In this document: piece after piece, positions 46,513 to 54,934 of the stretch
How positions within the stretch are numbered: position 1 is the first letter of the stretch
How the letters are laid out: the number at the start of each line of letters is the position of its first letter
Sequence record: OR413585.1
Direction: 5' to 3' (one strand)
Length of the DNA: 64,000 nucleotides
Position numbers and translations under genes: made by a program
Notes under the pieces: generated by a model
Databases searched by the model: none
Told to the model about the DNA's origin: nothing
The model's input: the letters and a program-made list of their open reading frames with translations, nothing else

Positions 46513-47445
46513 TTAGTGTGGTGTACTGGTGTCGTTGCCCGGACCATGGCCAGTATGTACGTGAAGAGTAAAGGTGATGCCGCCGATAACCGATTCGGTA
46601 ACTGTGAATGTGCCCTTACCCTCACCCTTGCCGTTATAGAGGAAATCCTTACCTACTTCCAGGTTACCGGTAAATAGATTCGTTGGGCATGTGGTCTTCC
46701 AGTCTTTAGTCGTCCATGCCATGTTTTTCGACGCTGTAGAGTTGCGAGTTTCGCACTTCTCGTTAATCGTCTTTGTCTCGAGATTAATAGAACGTTTAGC
46801 ATAAATGAAAGCGTCCTCTTTATTGATATTAATCTTCGACCGGCAGGCGTTTTCAAATCCCAAGTCATCCTCTGGAGAGTTGAGGTAGAACTTACGCCCT
46901 TCGTCATCCACTAACTGGCAAAACCCATCGCGCGTGTTCAGCTGAAGCAGATACGCGTTTTTCTCACCGTTAGTCATACTGGTACGTAAAGTAACGTGAC
47001 CATCCATCGGAGAGATATTCAGTACGTAGGCGTTAGAGAGGTCATCGGCCATCTGGTTTACTGGGTCAGCAGACCAGGCGTATACGCCGTCTTCCAGTCG
47101 CTTAACGTTACTGTTGTTTAAATCTTCCCAGAAGTACATATCGGTTTCACCGATACGCCAGATTCTTACATAGTCTTCTTTTTTCACATCCGGAGGGTTA
47201 ACCCGGTTGCTGTTGGACTTCATCCATTTTGCAGTGATGGCATTACCTTGCTTTACAGTAAGGTTGTCAGTACCACTTAAACTGTTGTGTTGCTTCTCTA
47301 CAGGCGTCTCTGTTGCATCGACAGCTGTTGGATTAATAAAGTTAACTTCGATAGGGATGACTTTAACTCGAGTGGCACCACGAGGTTTATCTTCCGCGAC
47401 GATACCTATCGAGAAGATGTGCAACCCTGACTTAGATTTATTCAT
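46513..47445 (-). CDS. baseplate central spike (gpV/gp5-like)
   Basis: OB-fold-like N-terminus, beta-repeat C-terminus, terminal LHVHTGHGPGNDTSTPH (HxH metal tip). Confidence 0.65.
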   Translation of the reverse strand: MNKSKSGLHIFSIGIVAEDKPRGATRVKVIPIEVNFINPTAVDATETPVEKQHNSLSGTDNLTVKQGNAITAKWMKSNSNRVNPPDVKKEDYVRIWRIGETDMYFWEDLNNSNVKRLEDGVYAWSADPVNQMADDLSNAYVLNISPMDGHVTLRTSMTNGEKNAYLLQLNTRDGFCQLVDDEGRKFYLNSPEDDLGFENACRSKININKEDAFIYAKRSINLETKTINEKCETRNSTASKNMAWTTKDWKTTCPTNLFTGNLEVGKDFLYNGKGEGKGTFTVTESVIGGITFTLHVHTGHGPGNDTSTPH

Positions 47446-47625
47446 ACCACCCTCCTCTCATACTACACTTTTTTACGTTTCGATCTCATCGTTTGACAAT
47501 CAAGGAGTGTACGGGGGTAAGGGGGTTTATGTATTGGATGCGAACATAAACGGAGGTATCCGTAGGATACCGACATCCTTTTTGTAGTTGACCTTGACTT
47601 TTAACCTAACGAGGAGTGCAGTACC

Positions 47626-47943
47626 ATGTCTTTATTTCAAACCATTAAAAGTGCATTAGAGCGTAATGATGCAGACAGTGCCTTTACTGCGTTGCAGAAA
47701 GCCAGTAACGGGAAGCTAGACAGCGTCTTTGCTAACAATCAAAGAATGCGCTTTTACAAAGTCGGGGAAGTAGACCAGTTCTACGACGAACTGTTTACGG
47801 GGGTAGTGCAAAGCGCGGTATACGCCATGCCGACTGAACAATTAAGTCAGTTTGAAAAAGGGATGCGTTACCAGCGGTTAAGTAACGACTACGCATTACT
47901 GAATCTGGCTATCGATGACTGCGTCGTGCTGGTCGTATACTAA
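47626..47943 (+). CDS. hypothetical protein
   Basis: GAGGAG RBS. Confidence 0.7.
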   Translation: MSLFQTIKSALERNDADSAFTALQKASNGKLDSVFANNQRMRFYKVGEVDQFYDELFTGVVQSAVYAMPTEQLSQFEKGMRYQRLSNDYALLNLAIDDCVVLVVY

Positions 47944-47944
47944 G

Positions 47945-47973
47945 TTTTTACAGATAGATGTCATCTTAGTGAG
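47945..47973 (+). promoter_or_regulatory. degenerate copy of the early promoter motif
   Basis: TTTTTACAGATAGATGTCATCTTAGTGAG has the same CAGA-N14-GTGAG spacing as 3237. Confidence 0.45.
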
Positions 47974-48064
47974 CATTGTGTATAAACCCACAGTCGCTTA
48001 AACACCAACTGTTCTTTAGTAACAGTTTTTGGTCACTTTAGTGTACTTTAAAAGGAAATACCAA

Positions 48065-49303
48065 ATGTATAACGAATACGAATTAGTTTACCAGACACCG
48101 AAAGAAGCATTCTTTAATGCAGTAATTACTAACTCAATTGTACTGTTGGGAATGCAGTTCAGTATTCGGAGTATGGCTTACAGCGACGTAACGTGGCAGG
48201 ATTGTGCGTACCTGCCACAAAAGCTCTCAACCGTTGTCGAAAAGCGGCTGCTTGACAAAGGGGAAGTAAAGTGCCGTTTAGGCCACCACGTCTCTGACTT
48301 AGCGCCGTGGGTTGAGTTAACCATGACATTCGAAGGGGATTCGCGGGTAGCTTACCTATCGGGTAATCAAAACATCGGACGCGCCATTGCTGAGGGTAAC
48401 ACAATGTGGGTGCACTACATTCTTACTCTGCTGACCGGTAAACCGGTGTTCGAGTTAACACCTGACATGCCGGCACTAAGCGATAGCAACTGGTGGACTG
48501 GCGGAGAGTTGAATACAGGGTTTAATGAGAAATTACAAAACTTTAATTCAGAGCGACTCGATGTTGATGCGGAAGTGTTGGTGCAGCAGTTCCCCGAATT
48601 CACTGCGTACCAAATTACTACCGTATGGAATAGAGCGGTAAGCAAGCGCAGGTTCTACACGAAAAACGCACCGCGTGAAGCAGCCAAACCTGTGGAAATT
48701 GACGAAGACACCAAAGAAGCACTGCGTGATCTAGTCACCATAGCCAATGATGGCAATACGATGTTCTGGACATCTGATGAAAACGCTAACCATTATTTCG
48801 GTGAGATGTTAGACGCCGATGTTTGGTCAGTAATGCCGATAGCAGAGCCCGGAAACCTTAAAGATTACCATAAGGTCGAAAAAGGCGATGTGGTTAATGA
48901 GAAGGTCGTCACCCTTCTTAACGTTTTCCGCGAAGTTATCCAATCGGAAATACTGTTAAGCATCTATAAACGCAAGACCCCGGCCAGTGAAAATGACACG
49001 GCGTGGGTATTTGACTGTCGACCAACAAATACAACATCGCCCGCGTTCTGGATACAGGTGTCAGGAACGCTGCAGCGCGTGAACAGTTCCGTTGTTTCTC
49101 GCCTGCCGGATTCTGAAATGCGCTCCGTTGCCGAACCTGCTTATTTGATGTCGGCGAAGGCGGTACGGGACGCGTGGGGTACCAGCGAACTGAAACAGTG
49201 GCACTACGACGCCATCATCAAATGGGGTGTTAACAATGGCTGGAAAGAAGTGACTAAGTACGGCCGTCAACTGTTGTTTGTCGCAGATTTGCGTTTACTG
49301 TAA
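48065..49303 (+). CDS. hypothetical protein (start MYNEY)
   Basis: AAAGGA RBS; terminator follows. Confidence 0.7.
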   Translation: MYNEYELVYQTPKEAFFNAVITNSIVLLGMQFSIRSMAYSDVTWQDCAYLPQKLSTVVEKRLLDKGEVKCRLGHHVSDLAPWVELTMTFEGDSRVAYLSGNQNIGRAIAEGNTMWVHYILTLLTGKPVFELTPDMPALSDSNWWTGGELNTGFNEKLQNFNSERLDVDAEVLVQQFPEFTAYQITTVWNRAVSKRRFYTKNAPREAAKPVEIDEDTKEALRDLVTIANDGNTMFWTSDENANHYFGEMLDADVWSVMPIAEPGNLKDYHKVEKGDVVNEKVVTLLNVFREVIQSEILLSIYKRKTPASENDTAWVFDCRPTNTTSPAFWIQVSGTLQRVNSSVVSRLPDSEMRSVAEPAYLMSAKAVRDAWGTSELKQWHYDAIIKWGVNNGWKEVTKYGRQLLFVADLRLL

Positions 49304-49313
49304 TCTCGTCATC

Positions 49314-49342
49314 GGGGGTCTTGTACCCCCTTCTTATTTTTT
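49314..49342 (+). terminator. intrinsic terminator
   Basis: GGGGGT-CTTGT-ACCCCC plus T tract. Confidence 0.65.
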
Positions 49343-49363
49343 AACCGTAAAGAGTATTTAACC

Positions 49364-49945
49364 ATGCCACAACCAATTATTGAACAACATGAAATGAACT
49401 ACGAAGAACTGACCCGCCGCTATCGCGTGAAAGCCCCACGGGTAGTAGAAGGTTGCGAGAAATACAAAGAAGCAGACTTCGTGGTATTCCAACGCGAAGG
49501 TGTTCCGACGTTGGTGTTCGTAAAACACGTCACCACCGATAACGACGACCGTCTAGTGATGCTGTATAACGTGATGGCTACCGTACTAGATACCGATATT
49601 GGACTGTTACGTCGTTATAAATCATCCTACGAACAGAAAGCGAAGGTGGTTGCTTTTGACTTACCACGCACGGTACTAGTAGATGGTTCCCGTCCGGCTA
49701 TTCTTCGTTTTACGAAAAGTGAAGACGACAGTAACCCAGCACATATCGTTCAGCCGCTAACGCTGTCGCAAGATACGTTACAGCAGAACGGCGGGATGGA
49801 TTGGCTAAACGTCATGTTACCGGGCCTAGCTGAAGGTCAGGAACTGCATCTGGTTTGCTACACCCCATCCGTTGAGCACACCTATGCGCGTTACCTTACC
49901 GAAGAACACGGTTTCCGTAACCACCGTGGTATTTACATTGCGTAA
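49364..49945 (+). CDS. hypothetical protein
   Basis: ORF track; operon context. Confidence 0.65.
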   Translation: MPQPIIEQHEMNYEELTRRYRVKAPRVVEGCEKYKEADFVVFQREGVPTLVFVKHVTTDNDDRLVMLYNVMATVLDTDIGLLRRYKSSYEQKAKVVAFDLPRTVLVDGSRPAILRFTKSEDDSNPAHIVQPLTLSQDTLQQNGGMDWLNVMLPGLAEGQELHLVCYTPSVEHTYARYLTEEHGFRNHRGIYIA

Positions 49946-49954
49946 TGTGAGTGT

Positions 49955-50518
49955 ATGTCCCGTTTACTAGAAATTCGAAACGATATCTGGCAAGAGCACA
50001 TCCGCAACGATCCGGAGTGGGAAGGGGTTGAAAGTGATTTACCGGATAACCCCGACCAGCTGTTGGTGTTCCTTTATAGCGATAAGGCCAAACAGATCAA
50101 GGGGATATTTGAACGCAAAACGACAAGCTTGTCGACCTTACTGAACTGCATTTGCTGTGGCGTCAGTGAGCTTGATCCCAATCTATTCACCAACTATTTT
50201 GCGCGTAAAGTCCGTACACCGCTACTGGAAGTTACACTCCCGCCAGATATTCGTATCAGTAAAACTGTACCGACCGTTTTGCGTTTACAGGATGTGTCTG
50301 GTAGTAGCGACGACGGGGAAACAACGATTACCCTTTCCTCGTCAGAGAGTGAACTCGCAACCGAATCGTTTCTTAGCGAAGTCGAGGCCGGATTAAAGCA
50401 GGACGTAATCGTTTATAATCTCGGCGGTGTGCCCATTGAACCCATTTTACACTTCTTTGAAAGCCAAACCTGCCATCTCGTAGAAAGCTTAACATATCAC
50501 TTTAAAGGAGCCTTATAA
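49955..50518 (+). CDS. hypothetical acidic protein
   Basis: Coupled to the next gene (TAATG). Confidence 0.65.
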   Translation: MSRLLEIRNDIWQEHIRNDPEWEGVESDLPDNPDQLLVFLYSDKAKQIKGIFERKTTSLSTLLNCICCGVSELDPNLFTNYFARKVRTPLLEVTLPPDIRISKTVPTVLRLQDVSGSSDDGETTITLSSSESELATESFLSEVEAGLKQDVIVYNLGGVPIEPILHFFESQTCHLVESLTYHFKGAL

Positions 50519-51045
50519 TGAAACTCGAAGGTTATATTGTTACTGATAAGCCGTTTGTTGAGGCTAACCTTTCACGTTCTCAAGTTGTCTATAAAGACAT
50601 CGATGTCCCTGCTGAAATTGTTAAAACGAATCCCAGCTGGCTAATCAACCACGTTTCTTTGGAAATCACCAATCCATTTATCAACGATCCTACTGACCCG
50701 TTCGTCGATATCGGTAATTTCCGCGAGATTCTTTCCCCGCATCAATATCAGACAGTTGCACAGAAGAAAGGGAACTTGCTCATTGAAACAAATGAGTGGG
50801 GGCGTATCCAAGAGCGTCATCCTGAAAAGGGTTTGATGGAGGTTTACCACCAACACCCTAAAGAGTTTGACAAGTTACCACTATGGGCATCGGTGGCGTA
50901 TAACTGTAGTGCGATATATGACCATCTGTTGCTGAGCGGATACGATGGCGCAATACACGCAGCCGAAGGCCCGCACGCGCCGGTAACTGTTTATCACACA
51001 TTTCACCCAGCGCGCATCAAATTCATTGAAACGTTGAGTGTGTAG
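50518..51045 (+). CDS. hypothetical protein, possibly ADP-ribosyltransferase-like (ART-PolyVal type)
   Basis: HVSLEITNPF, GYDGAI and YHTFHPARIK resemble the L...NP / GYDG / YVVF.P.QIK pattern. Confidence 0.4.
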   Translation: MKLEGYIVTDKPFVEANLSRSQVVYKDIDVPAEIVKTNPSWLINHVSLEITNPFINDPTDPFVDIGNFREILSPHQYQTVAQKKGNLLIETNEWGRIQERHPEKGLMEVYHQHPKEFDKLPLWASVAYNCSAIYDHLLLSGYDGAIHAAEGPHAPVTVYHTFHPARIKFIETLSV

Positions 51046-51050
51046 TTTAT

Positions 51051-51091
51051 CTCCAGTAACCCTCGTGGTTACTGGAGTCCTCTTATTTTTT
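51051..51091 (+). terminator. intrinsic terminator
   Basis: CTCCAGTAACC-CTCGT-GGTTACTGGAG plus T tract. Confidence 0.8.
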
Positions 51092-51124
51092 ACACTTAAC
51101 TCAAATTAATTTGAGGTGTGGTAT

Positions 51125-51712
51125 ATGACAGAACGTATTTTACGACTGCAAGAGAACAAGTTAGAAGACCTGCACGTAATGCGTAGTCGTGGCTTGTTTC
51201 CGGTGGGGCTTGATGTGAGTGGATTATTAACTGCCGCAGAGCACGGGGATAGGGTCATTACAATGCATTCGCGTGGGAGCGAAGTGGTCTCTGCGATTTT
51301 CATCGATAAGGTTATTCCAGACTCGGAAAGCGGTAGGGAGGCAGGACACATCATTTACGAATACTTTCGCAGCATTCTATACGAGGAAAAGATAAATGTC
51401 AAAACTTTTATGGAGTACGCTAAGCGAAATAACTACATCGATGCGCGACTGATGGTCACGGAAGGCACCCCAACTATAAACGGTAAAGTCCATCATCGTT
51501 TACTTGGGGCGCAGTTGCCGAGACTGGGTGAGTTACCGACGACGATAGAGCTGCACCAAAAAACAGATTGGCGACACAAAATCGAAGTGCTTCACAAGCT
51601 TTACGATTTATCGATCGTTCAAATCAAACTGGTGGACTTCACGCCTGCAAATATGCAAATCGCTAAGCGAGCATTGGGTTTTCGTATTCTTAACACAACC
51701 TTCACATTGTAA
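51125..51712 (+). CDS. hypothetical protein
   Basis: GAGGTG RBS before ATG 51125. Confidence 0.65.
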   Translation: MTERILRLQENKLEDLHVMRSRGLFPVGLDVSGLLTAAEHGDRVITMHSRGSEVVSAIFIDKVIPDSESGREAGHIIYEYFRSILYEEKINVKTFMEYAKRNNYIDARLMVTEGTPTINGKVHHRLLGAQLPRLGELPTTIELHQKTDWRHKIEVLHKLYDLSIVQIKLVDFTPANMQIAKRALGFRILNTTFTL

Positions 51713-51716
51713 AATA

Positions 51717-51759
51717 TCTCAGATATATATTACCTAGGTGAGAGTTAAGAGATTAACTC
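51717..51759 (+). promoter_or_regulatory. phiKZ-type early promoter (TATATTAC at 51726-51733) plus inverted repeat
   Basis: TCTCAGATATATATTACCTAGGTGAGAGTTAAGAGATTAACTC, nearly identical to the 3233 element. Confidence 0.7.
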
Positions 51760-51763
51760 AACT

Positions 51764-51792
51764 GGCTACCCTCGGGTAGCCTATTCTTTTTT
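51764..51792 (+). terminator. terminator-like hairpin just downstream of the promoter
   Basis: GGCTACCC-TC-GGGTAGCC plus TATTCTTTTTT. Confidence 0.6.
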
Positions 51793-51817
51793 AAACCAAT
51801 CGACTATAGAGTAAAAC

Positions 51818-52219
51818 ATGACTATCAAGAAGTTCTTACAAGCAGTAGTAGTTCTGGCCGCATGTGGTATTGCAGCAACTTATGCTTTCGATAAGCCAGA
51901 CGTGACTGAATACACATCAGCTGATTCGGATTATGGCATTGCACCGAATGAAAAACCGGAACTGATGCGTGAGGTCGAACAGTTACAAATCTACAGACTG
52001 ACGGACGGTAAGAACTGCACAGGGCTGGTTATCGCTGATAAGAAACTGAAAATGTATCAGCGGTTAATCGACATATCGTGCGATCAACCAAAAGTCACTT
52101 CGGTCAGCGTATCGCCGTTGGAATTACCGAATTTGGTTGCTGTGAGCTTTTATCACAACGATGTGCTCGTTGGTCGCATCACCCTCATTCGTGGAGATAT
52201 CAAAAATGAAATGCAATAA
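51818..52219 (+). CDS. secreted or membrane-anchored protein with a Cys pair
   Basis: N-terminal signal-like segment MTIKKFLQAVVVLAACGIAATYA. Confidence 0.7.
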   Translation: MTIKKFLQAVVVLAACGIAATYAFDKPDVTEYTSADSDYGIAPNEKPELMREVEQLQIYRLTDGKNCTGLVIADKKLKMYQRLIDISCDQPKVTSVSVSPLELPNLVAVSFYHNDVLVGRITLIRGDIKNEMQ

Positions 52220-52697
52220 CGTTAATCGCCACTTGGCCAAAGTGGTGCTTTTTACTGTGCTGCTGATGGCAGTTGTTGTTGGGCTACGGATTTCTAAGGC
52301 ACGCGCTGACGAATTCAGCGGGTTCCAGGGCAGTATTAACGGCAGCATTCCAGCATATACCCGCACCATCAATCTTAATGATAAGCCGTTCTGGTGCAAT
52401 GCGCGTAAGCTGCTTAAGAAACAGTGTCGTGTAGTTGACATATCCTTCAACGGTCGTGTCGCTATCGTACACCGTCCGGGCGATAAAGATTGCCCAGGTG
52501 GTTGGTGGGGTGCAGTCGACCGTCACAATGGTGACGCGTTATGGCTTATCCCTAATCGTGATGAACTATCAGTGGAGAAAATTTGCAGCAAAGATTTCAG
52601 GGCCGGTTTTGTACAGCGACCGGATACCAAAACTCTGGCCTCCATCGCTATGTACTACGGTATGGAAACCATCAAAACAATCGACTATTCAGAATAA
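52206..52697 (+). CDS. secreted Cys-paired protein, paralog 1 (start MKCNN)
   Basis: GGAG RBS; signal/TM segment ending ARA; PFWC..C..DCPGGWWG. Confidence 0.7.
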   Translation: MKCNNVNRHLAKVVLFTVLLMAVVVGLRISKARADEFSGFQGSINGSIPAYTRTINLNDKPFWCNARKLLKKQCRVVDISFNGRVAIVHRPGDKDCPGGWWGAVDRHNGDALWLIPNRDELSVEKICSKDFRAGFVQRPDTKTLASIAMYYGMETIKTIDYSE

Positions 52698-52719
52698 CTC
52701 AAAAAATTGAGGTACTATT

Positions 52720-53130
52720 ATGAAACATTTTTTATTACCAGTTTTACTTGCTACTCTGGCCATTAGCTTCTTCGCTCGCGCTGGAAGTATCGAGTTACCA
52801 AAAGTTGTTAACGATCACGAATACGGCGGGCCGTTCTGGTGCCAGAACTCTGACGTACAAGGCGGTAGCTGTCAGATCGTTGCGATGTCCGATAACAACC
52901 GTTACCTGTTAGTGAAAACGATGGGCGGTGTCGCATGTGGCGACCCTGAATATGGGGTTATTAACATGGCAACAGGTCAGGCCGAATCCATGAACTACAA
53001 TGATAACCAAGCCTGTAGCGGTGAAGCCGTTGCTGAGTTTACTCGCGACCCAGGTGATAATGCCCTGACGGTTATCATGTACGACCCTACGATTAAGAAA
53101 AACGTGGGCATCAATAAACTCGACTTTTAA
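52720..53130 (+). CDS. secreted Cys-paired protein, paralog 2
   Basis: GAGG RBS; signal peptide ending ARA; PFWC..C..ACGDPEYG. Confidence 0.75.
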   Translation: MKHFLLPVLLATLAISFFARAGSIELPKVVNDHEYGGPFWCQNSDVQGGSCQIVAMSDNNRYLLVKTMGGVACGDPEYGVINMATGQAESMNYNDNQACSGEAVAEFTRDPGDNALTVIMYDPTIKKNVGINKLDF

Positions 53131-53143
53131 GTAAGGAAACAAC

Positions 53144-53527
53144 ATGCGTGGACTTATGGGTATTATCGCGGCGGTGTTCTTGACCGCTTCTGCTTCAGCT
53201 ACAACCAGCGTAGAAGATTTACTGCCAGGCACACTGTATCAGTACAACCCGCCTTCATTCGAAGTCTGTACTGGCGACGATGGCAGATGTGAAGAAGTCA
53301 GCCGTCACGACGAGTATATCCTGGTCCACGCAAAGGGCGAGGAAACTTGTCCGGCTGGTTACTACTTCTTGTTGAACTCAAAGGCACAAGAGATTGTGCC
53401 GGTAGAGACAATAACGTGCGACCCGACGCTTCGCGCGTCGCTCGCTTACAATACGAAAACCAAACAACGCCTCCTGGTTATTGAACAGCAAGGGGTGGTG
53501 CGTGGTTCAGTAGCGCTCGACCAGTAA
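53144..53527 (+). CDS. secreted Cys-paired protein, paralog 3
   Basis: AAGGA RBS; signal peptide ending ASA; FEVC..C..TCPAGYY. Confidence 0.75.
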   Translation: MRGLMGIIAAVFLTASASATTSVEDLLPGTLYQYNPPSFEVCTGDDGRCEEVSRHDEYILVHAKGEETCPAGYYFLLNSKAQEIVPVETITCDPTLRASLAYNTKTKQRLLVIEQQGVVRGSVALDQ

Positions 53528-53535
53528 CCGAAAAG

Positions 53536-53561
53536 TTTTCAGACAGATGTTATAACGTGAG
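53536..53561 (+). promoter_or_regulatory. degenerate copy of the early promoter motif
   Basis: TTTTCAGACAGATGTTATAACGTGAG (CAGA-N13-GTGAG). Confidence 0.4.
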
Positions 53562-53656
53562 ATGACGACCCATCTCACTTTGGCCCTGCGGTGATTTCCC
53601 CAACACTTAGCCGCAGGGTCCTTTTTAATCGACTATTACTCGTAAGGATTAAGCAA

Positions 53657-54157
53657 ATGAACATGAACATTCTCGACGATACCCGTTCTTCTTTCTTTAC
53701 TCAGATGAACGTCAATCCCGAACGTACCCGTGCCATTCTTTCCACTGGCTGGAAGTTAAAGCTGTTAGGCGAGTTAACCCTAAACCGCACCGACTGGCCA
53801 GAAGAAGCGACCGTATTGATTAACAGCATTCACAGCGAGTGGCTAGATGCTGCGTTGAATGCCCCACAACTACGTCCGTACTATCGGATGCTTCATGCGG
53901 GTTATGAAGTATACCGCAAAGGTTGGTACGCTGCAGCCACTTATTGCAAAACCCCTGAAGGTCGTGAAGACAACACTGTCGACCACGTATTAGTAAACAA
54001 TTTCTGGGGCGACCAAATCGAAGTCTTACAACTTTCCACCGGTGACCGTATTCCGGCCTGTGAGTTATTCGAAACTAATGCACAAATGTACGAACCATAT
54101 GCAATGATTCGTGGCCGTAAGGTCCCAATCATTTCCCTTATGCATATGGGGCTGTAA
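53657..54157 (+). CDS. hypothetical protein (start MNMNI)
   Basis: AAGGA RBS; terminator follows. Confidence 0.7.
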   Translation: MNMNILDDTRSSFFTQMNVNPERTRAILSTGWKLKLLGELTLNRTDWPEEATVLINSIHSEWLDAALNAPQLRPYYRMLHAGYEVYRKGWYAAATYCKTPEGREDNTVDHVLVNNFWGDQIEVLQLSTGDRIPACELFETNAQMYEPYAMIRGRKVPIISLMHMGL

Positions 54158-54163
54158 ATACGA

Positions 54164-54193
54164 GAGGTAGCCTACGGGCTACCTTCTTTTTTT
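54164..54193 (+). terminator. intrinsic terminator
   Basis: GAGGTAGCC-TACG-GGCTACCTTC plus T tract. Confidence 0.8.
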
Positions 54194-54211
54194 GTTGAAG
54201 AAGGATTAAAC

Positions 54212-54838
54212 ATGAACGAGATTACCCTGATTCGTTTCATCGACGACATGGTGACGTGTCAGAAAGCGAATCGTCAGGATACCAAACTGCGTATCAATCT
54301 GATGGAAGAAGAGGTAGAAGGGTTTCTGGAATACCCGCGGCTAGTAAAGTGGTTTAAAGAAGCATTACCACGTAGCTGGGAACAGCTCGAAGCGTGGTTT
54401 GCTCTACCTATTGCAGAACGTAATCCCAATAATACGATCTTCACCGGAACAACTGCATTAGATTTGGCTGGTTCGGTGGAGCAACCTAAACGTTTAGTTT
54501 TCTTCTACGTCAATGGCGATTCAATAATGGCTGATACAGTTAACTGGATTTCCGATGAGTTAACTGTAAACACCACTTTGGTCGGTAGCGCTGCTGATGC
54601 CTGGGTTGTTGGCCAGCACCAATCGCAACCGTACGAAGAAATCAAAACCGGTTATTTAATCCCGATATATCTCGACGGCGTGGCACCGGGTCGTAGCGCA
54701 GAACTGTTCAAATTCCTGCTTACTGAAACGTTAAAGGTTGTCGATTCTGATGCCGGACGTGCGTGGTACGAATTAACCAAAGAGCGCACCGATAGTTTTT
54801 GGGAATCACTCGGGCACCGTAAGTTTATTCCGCAATAA
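54212..54838 (+). CDS. hypothetical protein
   Basis: AAGGA RBS. Confidence 0.7.
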   Translation: MNEITLIRFIDDMVTCQKANRQDTKLRINLMEEEVEGFLEYPRLVKWFKEALPRSWEQLEAWFALPIAERNPNNTIFTGTTALDLAGSVEQPKRLVFFYVNGDSIMADTVNWISDELTVNTTLVGSAADAWVVGQHQSQPYEEIKTGYLIPIYLDGVAPGRSAELFKFLLTETLKVVDSDAGRAWYELTKERTDSFWESLGHRKFIPQ

Positions 54839-54849
54839 CTCTCCTCTCT

Positions 54850-54881
54850 GGAACCCTTCGGGGTTCCATTTCTTCTTTTTT
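54850..54881 (+). terminator. intrinsic terminator
   Basis: GGAACCC-TTCG-GGGTTCC plus T tract. Confidence 0.8.
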
Positions 54882-54934
54882 ACGCATGACCTTTTGGATA
54901 TGAACGACTAATACTTTCTCATTAGAAGGCAAAC

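Noticed and set aside
47507-47587. Small ORF or two hairpins between the spike gene and 47626
   Set aside because: The SD abuts the start with no spacing; the short hairpins have no supporting context.
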